Part shown: in pieces, positions 51,815-64,000 of the stretch
Numbering within the stretch: the first letter of the stretch is position 1
How the letters are laid out: each line of letters begins with the position of its first letter
From: Octopus sinensis
Lineage: Eukaryota
Assembly: GCF_006345805.1 (NCBI RefSeq)
Contig: NC_043007.1
Coordinates: 10,850,001 to 10,914,000, forward strand
DNA length: 64,000 nt
Direction of reading: 5' to 3'
Made by a program: the position numbers and the translations under genes
Notes under the pieces: model-generated
What the model was told of the DNA's origin: nothing
Seen by the model: only the letters and a program-made list of their open reading frames with translations
The model's database searches: none

Positions 51815-52879
51815 TAATGTATAGCTTTAAATCGTCTGCTGGTGAGTGGCTATCAAAGATCTTACTAAGTGAAGCTAAGACACCTTAGAATATTTCTGAG
51901 ATTTTTAGAAATGTAGTTCTTCCAATGCAGGCCATTGTTACCAATAATGTCAAGGTTTCATTCACTAGCAGACTTCTTAGAATTGATATTGCAGAAGGAG
52001 TAAGTTGATTCCAGGCTTTTCCTCCAGAAATCTATGTCAATGCCCTGCCTGAAATCTGAAACGTATAGCTGACACTATGAGGTCACTTGTGGTCATGAGA
52101 AGGGGCACTCCAGTTGATTCTGACTGATAACATTATATATATATATATATGGTCATTCCAAATTTGGTTAGTGTTTATATTGGCAAATAGATAAATAGAT
52201 AAATGAATAAATAGATATATAAATATATAAATAAACATAGTTATTACACACATGTGAGTGAGAACACTTTGAGATATTTTTGGTATCTAACATATGTCAG
52301 GTACAGCGAGCGCTGCTTCTGATTGGTCAACTCCATGGTGATGACCCGAGGTCACGGTTGATGCCACTACTTTTGTCATTAAAAGTTACAACTAACCTTA
52401 ATCATTACTTCATGAGCCGGTAGGTAGAAGTAGCCATAATTAATTAATACAAACATACTATCTTTTTTATACCAGATATCACTTAAAGTCATATACACAT
52501 TAAATATGAACATTTCTGGTGGTAATCAATTTTTTGGTGCCAAAAAAATCACAACATATTTCGTCTGCTCATTGATACTTTGCAGTGCAGGTAGATCTAT
52601 CAACAAGATGGCTACTGTTTGTCGCTATCAAGTGAATGATTTTGTTAAGATTAAAATATGGTCGTTATTCGTGTGTAATAAAAATAAAATACCAAACTCA
52701 TTCCTATGGATACCGTATTTATTACAATCGTGGCTTGTAATAAATACGGTATCCATAGGGAACTCTTTTGGTATCTCTATATATACTCCCACAGAATTTG
52801 CGTCTCAATATATAGTTGTCACCAATATTGTTTTATCAATGAGGAAAAATATAAACAAATACACTCCTATGTGTGATTG

Positions 52880-52911
<32 letters not shown>

Positions 52912-52976
52912 TTGTTCATGTGTATGGTGTTTATGTTTGTGTTTATGAGACACTCACGTCCCTATATATATATATA

Positions 52977-53403
52977 TAGGCGCAGGAGTGGCTGTGTGGT
53001 AAGTAGATTGTCTACCAACCACATGGTTCCGGGTTCAGTCCCACTGCGTGGTACCTTGGGAAAGTGTCTTCTACTATAGCCTCGGGTCGACCAATGCCTT
53101 GTGAGTGGATTTGGTAGACGGAAACTGAAAGAAGCCCGTCGTATTATATATATATATATATATATATGGTGTGTGTCTGTGTGTGTTTGTGTGTCTGTGT
53201 TGTCCCCCTAGCATTGCTTGACAACCGATGCTGGTGTGTTTATGTCCTGTTACTTAGCGTTTCGGCCAAAGGAGAGACCGATAGATAAGTACTGGGCTTA
53301 CAAAAGATAAGTCCCGGGGTCGAGTTGCTCGATTAAAAGGCGGTGCTCCAGCATGTCCGCAGTCATTTGACTGAAACAAGTAAAAGAGTAAAAGAGTAAC
53401 GAG
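52977..53403 (+). mobile_element. SINE family A, full length
   Basis: Homology, with head and tail. Confidence 0.9.
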
Positions 53404-53544
53404 TAATATATATATATATATATTCTGTAAATATTAATAATAATATTTATAAGCTTAAAGCTTGAAAGCGATCACCATGTATTGACTAAAGAAAACAGCC
53501 TAGTACTGGGACACACACACACACACATATATATATATAGCACT

Positions 53545-53735
53545 AGTCGCCATGATAGATCGTTAGCCACAACACACATTTTTTCCTCTCCTTGTCTTTT
53601 TCTGTGTCCCTTTCTGTAGAAGAGCATAAGCTCGAAACGTAAAAGACCTTTTCTATTCCTGAGCATTTTACTTATACATTTGTTTGTTTTGTACACCACC
53701 TGTCTTTGTCTTTTGTTTTTTCCGTAAACTCTCCC
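53545..53735 (+). mobile_element. HHR family B repeat copy
   Basis: CUUU CUGUAGA A GAGC-AUAA-GCUC GAAA CG UA|AAAG at 53610-53645. Confidence 0.7.
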
Positions 53736-53764
53736 TATATATATATATACATACATATATACAT

Positions 53765-53803
<39 letters not shown>

Positions 53804-54085
53804 AGGATGTAATAATAATGATATAACACAAGGATGGAAGTTAATAGGCTTTAATAATGGATTACAACATACATCTGCATACATCAGTTTTAGGTTACTG
53901 GGTTCATGTTCATGTAGCATTATGGAAGATTACTCTTAATAATTACTATGTATTTGAATCTATCTTAAACATGTACAATACTTTCCACCAATCAAATAAT
54001 TACATTCTAGTATTAGGTGGTACTTACGAATAGCAAATAAAAAAAACTCACCACAATGAGAATGTATATTATATATATATATATA

Positions 54086-54174
54086 TAAATGTAATATGTG
54101 ACAATTATTCGGTAGCTAAGATAAAACTCAGAATTTTATCTTGGCTACCGAATAATTATCACATATTACATTTA
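54086..54174. repeat. 89-bp palindrome adjacent to (TA)n
   Basis: ~41-bp arms with a few mismatches. Confidence 0.85.
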
Positions 54175-54314
54175 CAGATAAATCCTCTATTTACATCATA
54201 TTGAGTTCTCTTCTTCTTTTGTTATCTTACCGTTTTTACCAATATATTATATCTTATATTATATATTATATATATATATATATAGTATGATGTATATATG
54301 TATATATATTAATA

Positions 54315-54630
54315 CATGCCACTTTCGGATGGTGCTTTTTATGTGCCACCGGCCACAGAAAACCAGTCGAGGCAGCGCTGGCAAACGGCCCACGTTTGGA
54401 TGGTGCTTTTTATGTGCTACCAGCACAGGTATCACAAATACTATTTCCATTGATATTATTTCAATGTTCATGTACTGGGACTCAACAGGTCTCCTCAAGA
54501 CACAGCGAGAGTTCTGGAATCCAACGTACTTTGAATGGGCAGGGGCTATGCGGAAATGGTTGCGGGAAGCAGCCTGGGTCTTTGCAGTCACAGCATATCT
54601 CCAGAGATCTCGGTCCTTCGCCTGATACAA
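54315..54630 (-). mobile_element. RTE-like LINE 3' region with ~60-bp internal repeats
   Basis: DRDLWRYAV C-terminal motif; GGATGGTGCTTTTTATGTGCCACC units shared with 61590-62030. Confidence 0.6.
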
Positions 54631-54723
54631 GCACATGTATGTATGTGTATGTATATATATATGTAAGTATGTATGTATGTATGTATGTATGTATGTATGT
54701 ATGTATGTATGTATGTATGTATG

Positions 54724-54758
<35 letters not shown>

Positions 54759-54857
54759 AGTTAATCCAAACATGAACAAAGAGAAAACACAACAATGCGA
54801 GGACGTGGAACATGTATAGTGTTATTGGACGCTCAAGAAAGGAAAGAAAGAAGGAGG

Positions 54858-54892
54858 ATTTAATGTTTCGAGCGGAGCTCTTCATCAGAAAC
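54858..54892 (-). ncRNA. Minimal hammerhead-like motif (family B-related)
   Basis: GUUU CUGAUGA A GAGC-UCC-GCUC GAAA CA UU|AAAU; canonical core, helix III palindrome broken (CA). Confidence 0.55.
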
Positions 54893-55653
54893 ATAGAAAG
54901 AGGAGAGGTCCAAGGAAGGGAAGACAGAGAAAGAAAATCGCTAATGATACATATGCAGTCGCATATTGAATATACATACATATACATACACACATAAAGT
55001 AATATGCATGCATGTATATATGTATGTATGTATATATTTGCATTGTGCCTCCAGTTGAAATTTCATACTTCTGCGGTTGGGACATCTTGCTGACAGAACA
55101 GATAATGTTGTTTATTAAATATAATAATTAATAGCAGTTTAAAAGGTCAAAGCCGGATAATTTTTTTCATTTTATAAAGATAATTGGATAGACATTACAG
55201 GATAAGATAGAGAGGGGGAGTGAAAGGGTGGAGGGACGATGGACGGGGGGAATGGGGGGAGTCTGGGGGTGAAAAGCTAAGGGAATACAAGAGAAAAACA
55301 AAGAGAGGGGACACGAAGGTGAGTGAGAGAAAGAGAGTTGAGAAAAAGGAGCTGGACATGGATATGTGTCAGTGTGTGTACGCATAAATATAATGTATAT
55401 ATATATATTATATATCTATATATCTATAATATAGTATATATATATATAATATATATGTAATATATATATATATATATATATATATGTATTATATATGTAT
55501 ATATATATGTGTGTGTATATATCTATATTATATATATAAATAATTATATATATATATGTATATCTATAGTGTAAATAGATATATATTATATATATATATG
55601 TATTATATATGTGTGTGTATATATATATAGGATATATATATGTATAATATCTA

Positions 55654-55696
<43 letters not shown>

Positions 55697-55938
55697 GATA
55701 TGTATATTATATGTGTGTGTTATATATATAATATATATATATAGATATATATATATATATGTTAGTAGAAAGAACATGAATGGGGAAAAGGGGACATTCT
55801 ATAAGCATAGAAGATATGTATGTGTGTGTTTGTTTGTGTATGTGTGCATCTGTATATATACATGTATGTGTGTATGTTTATTTGGTCCTTTTCTCTGCTT
55901 GTCCTCTTTCTCTCATTTACATCCTTCATATCTATCTA

Positions 55939-55969
<31 letters not shown>

Positions 55970-56566
55970 CTATATATATATATATTATATATATGCTCAA
56001 ACATGCAAACATATATCCAGAACAAGGAAGAAGTGAAAAAGAGGAGATAATATATAGTTGTTGAATGGTTAATTCAAATGCTAGAATGCTAGCTGTCTGA
56101 CATTTAAAAAAAAATTGGGTGAATATGGGGTTTCATTCAACACTACAATTCTAAATCTCTCTCCCTCTCTGTCTCCCTCTTTACTTCGTGTCTCACTTTC
56201 TCTCGCAGCACAAATACTCACATGCATACACGTGCACACAGGCACACATGCATACATTCATTCATACATATATGCATAAATAGATACATATGCTTGTATT
56301 CTTGTAAGTATGCATGAATGGTTTATATTGTCTTCTTGCAACTTGGACAGAAGTTTCAACTTTTGCCTCTTCTGAGAACACAAAAAGTCACTTCGATTGA
56401 TCTATGTTGTAAAGAGACATTAAACACTAAATATTCTCACTTTGTATCTTTCTTAAGTTCTTAAGCATTTCAAAATTCACCTTATCAATTCACCTTTGTC
56501 AGTCTGTCTGTCTTTCTGTCTGTCTCCTTGTCTGTCTCTCTCTGCCTGTGTCTCTGTATCTGTCTG

Positions 56567-56620
<54 letters not shown>

Positions 56621-56630
56621 AATATGTATA

Positions 56631-56869
56631 TTCTCTTTTACTCTCTTATTTGTTTCAGTCATTTGACTGCGGTCATGCTGGAGCACTGCCTTTAGTCGAG
56701 CAAATCAACCCCCAGGACTTATTCTTTGTAAGCCTAGTACTTATTCTATCAGTCTCTTTTGCTGAACTGCTAAGTCACGGGGATGTAACCACACCAGCAT
56801 CGGTTGTCAAGTGATGTTGGGGGAGGGGGATAAACACAGACACACAAACACACACACACACACACACAT

Positions 56870-56954
<85 letters not shown>

Positions 56955-57118
56955 GACTGGCTTATTTCAGTTTCCGTTTACCAAATCCACTCAAAAGGCT
57001 TTGGTCGGCCCGAAGCTATAGTAGAAGACACTTGCTGAAGGTGCCGTGCAGTGGGACTGAACCCGGAACCATGTGGTTGGTAAGCAAGCTACTTACCACA
57101 CAGACACTCCTGTGCCTA
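56631..57118 (-). mobile_element. SINE family A
   Basis: Homology to other family A copies. Confidence 0.9.
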
Positions 57119-57362
57119 TATATATATGTATATATATTTACTTCTACTATAGGATAAAATCCCCCCCACCAAATATTCCATCAATGTGGCCAACATATTA
57201 AAATACCTTTAAAGGCGAAAATTAGAAACAGTTATAAACAAGTGCAAAAGACAAAAAGATTTCTGTGCCAATATGCTGAGAATAGACTTTAAATTGTCAA
57301 TCACCACATTACAATATACATTCGCCATGAATACATGTCGTGCTGAAATCGAGGAAGGCAAG

Positions 57363-57779
57363 CTCTTTACTCTTTTTACTCTTTTATTTGTTTCAGTCAT
57401 TTGACTGCAGCCATGCTGGAGCACCGCCTTTAGTCGAGCAAATCGACCCTGGGACTTATTCTTTGTAAGCCCAGTACTTATTCTATCGGTCTCTTTTGCC
57501 GAATCGCTAAGTGACGGAGACGTAAACACACCAGCATCGGTTGTCAAGCAATGCAAGGGGGACAAACACAGACACACAAACACACACATACATATATATA
57601 TACATATACATATATACGACAGGCTTCTTTCAGTTTCCGTCTACCAAATCCTCTCACAAGGCATTGGTTGGCCCGGGGCTATAGCAGAAGACACTTGCCC
57701 AAGATGCCCCGCAGTGGGACTGAACCTGGAACCATGTGGTTTGTAAGCAAGCTACTTACCACACAGCCACTCCTGCGCT
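57363..57779 (-). mobile_element. SINE family A
   Basis: Homology to other family A copies. Confidence 0.9.
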
Positions 57780-59238
57780 AATAGAATTTTAAAAAAAAAT
57801 TGTTATCTCTATATTGAATCAATTTCAGGATTACTCCCATGGATTTTTCCCTCTTCAGTAGAGAATATGATAAGAAATTAATGAAATGTTTTCAAGCACC
57901 CATGGAAAAAAGCAGAAGCAAGATTCATGTGTACACATATGTACCCCTGTTTTTTGCTTGGTGTGGAGCTATAGTAAAAAATCTTGTCCAAGGTGACATG
58001 CAGTGAGCTTCTTAACCACACACCCATATCTGCACCCTTGTGTGTGTGTGTCTGTGCGCGTGTGTGTGTGTGAGTGAGAGTGTGTGTATGTGTATATGTG
58101 TGTATTCATGTATACGTATATTTAATGTAGTTGCTGCTTGTGGCTGGTCAGAAAGTTATCATTGGCTTCATGTCTACTATATTCATAGCAATATCAACAA
58201 GTCAACAGACTTGCTGGCCCGAGGCACATAGCTTCCCTACTAATGGAGGTAAGAATACAGTCTTGGTCAGCCTGGTTTGTGGAAAAAACCTGAAACAAAA
58301 TTCATAAAAGTAAAACCACCTCTGCATGAGATAGAATTGTCTCCCTTCATCTCCAGTTGTGTCCAAAAGGGGTCACTTTATGTACAATTTCCATTCACAA
58401 GTCACAAACAAGGAATTTCATTTCTCTAAGATTAATTTTCTCTCATGAGGCCACTAAACATCTCACTTTTGGAATTCACGGAAGTAAATTTTCTAGGAAC
58501 CTTGCATTCTTGGACAACCAAAGTTTGCATCATATGCTCCCATTGAGAAATGGTTCAGATTGTTCTGGGAGCTTTCATTTAATCCTGTATGGCATTCCCA
58601 CTTCTTTTAAATGCTGTATGTAGTTGGCTAGAGACATAATGTTGCACCTTGCTAAAAGAGGACCTGTGGTTATTTTCTCATCGCTTAAAGGTCCCCCCCC
58701 CCCCGCATTGCTCCAACATATTTCAATATATGTATCTTAATGTTATTGGTGCTGCTACTGTTGTTGTTGCAGCTGCTTTTACTGCTGTTGCTGCTGTTGT
58801 TGCTGGACAGCAACTCTACCTCATAAACCATGGCCTTGGAGTTGCAGTGACCACTTCCTGGGCACTCACTGTTAATCCTATATGAGCATCCTGCCTTTGT
58901 GTGGGATTTAGAAGTGTTTGCTAAAATCTTTTTAATATTGCACCTCTAGAGATAGCTAAAGTGTCAGCTCTGTATAGACTAAAAAGGAAAAATGACTGAT
59001 GTGAACCTCTTTGTAAGGTACCCAGTATATAAAATTTTATGAGGTCATAGATATCCCCACTGTTGAATGCTCCCTTTGCTATATCAAAGGAGCCTAATGA
59101 GTCAGTTTGATTGATCTAGGCTGAACCTTTGTTGAACAGAAGGGTTTTCCTAGTTTCATTTTAACATTTACACACGAGCTGGCAGAAATTTTAGCACGCC
59201 GGGCGAAATGCTTCCTGGTATTTCTTCTGCTTTTACGT

Positions 59239-59650
59239 TAGGTGTAGGAGTGGCTGTGTGGTAAGTAGCTTGCTTACGAACCACATGGTACCTGGTTCAG
59301 TCCCACAGCGTGGCACCTTGAGCAAGTGTCTTCTACTATAGCCTCGGGCTGACCAAAGCCTTGTGAGTAGATTTGGTTTACGGAAACTGAAAGAAGCCCG
59401 TCGTATATATGCATATATATATGTATGTGTGTGTATATATTTGTGTGTCTGTGTTTGTACCCCCAAAATCGCTTGACAACTGATGCTGGTGTGTTTTCGT
59501 CCCCATAACTTGGAGGTTCGGCAAAAGAGAATGATAGAATAAGTACTAGGCTTACAAAGAATAAGTCCTGGGGTCAATTTCCTTGACTAAAGGCAGTGCT
59601 CCAGCTTGACCACAGTCAAATGACTGAAACAAGTAAAAGAGTAAAGAGAG
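59239..59650 (+). mobile_element. SINE family A (preceded by a family B head fragment at ~59175)
   Basis: Homology to other family A copies. Confidence 0.88.
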
Positions 59651-59659
59651 AGTGTCACT

Positions 59660-59933
59660 AGTGCCCTGACCTTGCTCCCTGGGACTTTAGTTTGTATACC
59701 AAGCTGAAGAAGAACCTCAAGAACTGTTTGTGTTGAAAATGAAGGAGGTTGTGACCAGGCTCCGGAATACCTCCACAGTGGCAGACTTCCATGGAGCCTT
59801 CACAAAGTGCCAATAATGCTAAAAGTGCATTGAAGTTAGTGGATCTTTCTGTGAAGGAAATTAATTTTGGACTTCTTTGAAATTAATAAATGTCTCTTCT
59901 GAAAAAGTCTGAAAACTTCTGGAATACACTTTA
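59660..59933 (+). mobile_element. Mariner 3' remnant
   Basis: PDLAP.DF..PKLKKNL...KCIEV.G..* followed by a TIR-like end. Confidence 0.7.
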
Positions 59934-59999
59934 TATACATACATAGATAGATACATACATACATATATATGTACACACACATATATATATGTATGTATG

Positions 60000-60033
<34 letters not shown>

Positions 60034-60109
60034 TGTATGTATGTATGTATGCATGCATGTATGTATGTATGTATGTATACTAGGTATATATATACATACA
60101 TGCACACAG

Positions 60110-60144
<35 letters not shown>

Positions 60145-60245
60145 CAAGAATTTCATTATTATTATTATTATTATTATATATACTTTTACATACATATATA
60201 TACATATAGATACACACATATATATACATACACACATATGTATGC

Positions 60246-60281
<36 letters not shown>

Positions 60282-60719
60282 TGTGTGTGTGTGTGTGTAT
60301 ATATGTGTGTTAATGTATCTATGCATGCCATTCTGTTTCTTACCATTTCTTTCATCTCCAATTACAATAAATTATTCCGGATGATAACAGCATAGAATAG
60401 TTCATGCAGTATAGAATACTAGGTGGATAGGGACAGCACTAGAATACCATATTAGCCATGGAATGCACTCACCTGGCTTACCTAGCTTACCTGGCTTTTG
60501 TGCCAGTTTGGTAGACGGCTGGTATTGCACTGCATAGGGAAAATGTGACTGTAAGTGGTGATTGATGTGGTAATTATTGTTTTTGTTGTTGTTGAGGTGG
60601 TGGTGTGCAGTGGTGGTGGTGATTGTAGTTTTCCGTGTTGTGTTTGTGGTGTAGTGTGTTAATTGTCATGCTAGTTAGTTGCATTCATGTACTTCAGCCA
60701 CTGACACCACCACCCTAAC

Positions 60720-61175
60720 CATAGCACCACCACTACTACTACAACTACTACTATCACTGATATCACTATGCCATGGTTACCATCATGACTACCACTAACA
60801 CAAACTCCACAACCATCACCACCACCACCACCACCAACACCACCACCACCACCACCACCACCACCACCACCACCAACACAACCACCAACACCATGACCAC
60901 GACCATGACCGCAACCACGACAATGACCACAACCATGACCACAACCACGACCATGACCACGACCACCATGACCACGTCCTTGACCATGACCACAACCATG
61001 ACGACGACGATGACCACCACCACCACCACCACCACCACCACCATCAACACCACCACCACTACCACTATCACCTCCACTGCCACCACCATCACTGCACTTA
61101 CCATCACTACCACAGCTACTACAACTGCCTCAACTACATTCCCCACCACTATCACTATCACTAACCACATGGTCA
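60720..61175. repeat. (ACC)/(ACCATG) microsatellite
   Basis: Direct reading of the sequence. Confidence 0.9.
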
Positions 61176-61589
61176 CATCCAGTACACGAAATATTTTTTC
61201 GCACGAGACTTCCGGACCCTAGTAATGAACTCATTTGCATACAGCCAATCAGAGCTCACCTTGAAAATCCACATATTGTGTACGACTACAGTACAGCCAG
61301 TCAGGCATAGAATGGTGTATGCCACTCTGTGCATACAGCATAGCAGGTCTCACATAAGCACCACATTCCACCCCTAACCATCCTCATAGATCAAATGAGT
61401 ACCGTCTCTATACGGAGCTAACATTAGGTACCTATGCTCAGACTGAGATTCATGGTACTGCATGTACCTACTGATATATGCAAGGAGGGTACAATACGAC
61501 ACAACGCCATATTGATTACGTTGTTTCCAGATCAACACCAACATTTTAAATTAGGAATACACAAAATCAGGCAAAAAATTAGGAAACTA

Positions 61590-62030
61590 CATCATCATCA
61601 TCATCATCATCGCTTAATGTCCGCTTTCCATGCTAGCATGGGTTGGACGATTTTGACTGAGGACTGGCGAACCAGATGGCTGCACCAGGCTCCAATCTTG
61701 ATCTGACAGAGGTTCTACAGCTGGATGCCCTTCCTAACGCCAACCACTCCGAGAGTGTAGTGGGTGCTTTTTACATGTCACTGGCACGGGGCCAGTCAGG
61801 CAGTAATGGCAATGATCTTGCTCGAATCTTTTTACACATGCCACCGGCACAGGTGCCAGTAAGGCGACGCTGGTAATGATCACGCTCGAACGGTGCCTTT
61901 TACGTGCCACCGGTATGGAAGCCAGTTAGCCGCTCTAGCAACGATCACACTTGGATGGTGCTCTTAGCACTTTACTAGCACGGGTACAAGTGCCAGTAAG
62001 GCGACACTGGTAACGATCACATCATTTACA
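61590..62030 (-). mobile_element. RTE-type 3' UTR with (GAT)n tail
   Basis: GGTTGGCGTTAGGAAGGGCATCCAGC..CATGCTAGCATGGAAAGCGGACATTAAGC(GAT)n; ~60-bp tandem units. Confidence 0.65.
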
Positions 62031-62304
62031 TTTTCTCATAAATTATGCAAATTAGTAAAACTTATGGCATCATCGGTGAGCAGCTCTCCATTTACTTTAT
62101 ACACTAAATTTCACCTTAGTCACCCCTATTAACCCGTTTAGAACAGTTGGATTTTCCTATAACGCACATATTCCATTGAATTTAACCAAGATATTTTTGT
62201 GACTAGGTGGATACTAGTTTGATAGTTGAGCCCTGATTGACTGTATGCAAATGAGTTCATAACTGGGGTCTGGAACTCTTGTGGGAAAAGAGATTTTGCC
62301 TCCA

Positions 62305-62800
62305 GCGCCACCACAAACACGAACACAACCACCACAACAACCACTACCACAGCCATCACAACCACTACCACCACGATCAGTTCAACAACACTACTACCAC
62401 ATCCATTACAACAGTTATAATGATAACTACTACCATAATGGAATGGCCACTTCAATGGTGACCACCAACACACCACCACCACCATCACCACTACCATCAC
62501 AACCAGCACCTCCACTGCCACCACCATCACAACTAGCACCTCCACCGCTGCCGCCGCAGCCGCCAATACCACCACCACCACCGCTGCCATCACCATCACA
62601 CTGCTGCCACTACCACCACTGCTATTGCCATCACCACTGCTGCTGCCGCCTCCACCACCACTACCACTATCACCACACCACCACCACCACCACCACCATC
62701 ACCACCACCACCACCATCACCACCACCACCATCATCACCACCACCACCACTACCACTGCCATCACCACCGCCGCCACCACCACTAACACAACATACCAAC
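62305..62800. repeat. (ACC)n compound microsatellite
   Basis: Direct reading of the sequence. Confidence 0.9.
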
Positions 62801-63047
62801 ATTAGTCCATTAGTTGTAAATCAATCTCAGTTGTATTATTCCTTTTGTAGAAAACTAATGTCAATGAAATATTCAGTTCATATTCTCTTCCATTCTTCCT
62901 CCCACTCTCTCCCTCCCCCACCTCCCACTCTCCGCCATTCAGTCTGTCTGTCTGTTTGTCTATCTTAAGAGAAATATTGAAACAAACAATTTACCATTCC
63001 TCAAATGTAACAATTGTCATGTATACATGTGTGTGTGTGGATATTAC

Positions 63048-63640
63048 AAGTGTGGCTATGTGGTTAAGGACCTTGCTTCTCAACCATGTGGTTCAGGGTT
63101 CAGTCTCACTGTGTGGCACCTTATGCAATTATCTTCTATTAGAGCCTCGGGCCATCCAAAGCCTTGTGAGTGGATTTGATAGACAGAAACTGAAAGGTGA
63201 CGAGCTGGCAGTAATGTTAGCATGCCGGTCGAAATGCTTAGCGGTATTTTGTCTGCCGTTACGTTCTGAGTTCAAATTCCGCCGAAGTTGACTTTGCCTT
63301 TCATCCTTTCAGGGTTGATAAATTAAGTACCAGTTATGCACTGGGGCCGATGTAATCAACTTAATCCGTTTGTCTGTCCTTGTTTGTTCCCTCTGTGTTT
63401 AGCCCCTTGTGGGTAGTAAAGCAATAGGTATTTCATCTGCCGCTACGTTCTGAGTCCAAATTCCATCGAGGTCAACTTTGCCTTTCATCTTTTCGAGGTT
63501 GATAAAATAAGTACCAGTTACGCACTGGGGCCTATGTAATCAACTTAGTCCCTTTGTCTGTCCTTGTTTGTCCCTCCTATGTTTAGTCCCTTGTGGGCAG
63601 TAAAGAAATAAGAAACTGAAAGAAGCCCATCATATATATG
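63048..63640 (+). mobile_element. SINE family A interrupted by a dimeric SINE family B (63197-63610)
   Basis: TSD AGAAACTGAAAG at 63185-63196 and 63611-63622. Confidence 0.88.
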
Positions 63641-63649
63641 TATGTATAC

Positions 63650-63930
63650 ATAGTCTGATCAATAAGTATCATGACTGTTGTTATAGTAACGAGGCTAAAG
63701 CATGTGAAGTGAAGCTATTTAGCACAGATTGACCTTAAACTCTGCTGTATATTCACACTAAGTTTTAATGTTCTAGCTTACTTCTGCTGTTTACAGAAGT
63801 GCTTGGAAGGAAGGTGTGTAGCATGTAATCATTGGATTGACCATGACACAGAAAGTTGAGCAGAGAATCTGCATCAAATTTTGCCAAAAGCTTGGTCATG
63901 CCTGCTCAGAGGCCTATGCAAAGTTTTCAT
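63650..63930 (+). mobile_element. Mariner 5' remnant
   Basis: ATG at 63843 gives MTQKVEQRICIKFCQKLGHACSEAYAK, a mariner N-terminal HTH signature. Confidence 0.7.
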
Positions 63931-64000
63931 TGTTCTCCGCACAATCAAGGAGATTTTGTGCAACTGAAACCAAAGTTTCTTCTTCTTCTTCTTCTTCTTC

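Overview
AT-rich, microsatellite-saturated eukaryotic DNA with almost no host coding sequence. The SINE types and repeat style point to a coleoid cephalopod, probably Octopus (inference). Nearly all ORFs in the supplied track are microsatellite translations. Recognisable content: about 30 tRNA-derived SINE copies in three families; a young 5'-truncated Tx1/L1-clade LINE with a 14-bp TSD (31110-33961); R4/Dong-like RLE LINE, CR1, RTE and Penelope RT remnants; mariner/Tc1, pogo-like and piggyBac-like derivatives; two non-autonomous Helitrons; a 100-N gap; and one possible 54-nt exon. The main unexplained signal is a set of hammerhead ribozyme (HHR) motifs in at least four small non-coding repeat families, almost all inserted in (TA)n. 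The best case is a ~495-nt tandem unit at 44401-45208, delimited by two full type I hammerheads on the minus strand and capped by an inverted partial copy. It looks like a retrozyme or Penelope-dependent element predicted to yield a 495-nt, possibly circular, RNA. There are also head-to-head minimal-HHR palindromes, one with an A3:U8 core covariation. One SINE family appears to share its 3' tail with the Tx1 LINE. All folds were read by eye and none has been tested.
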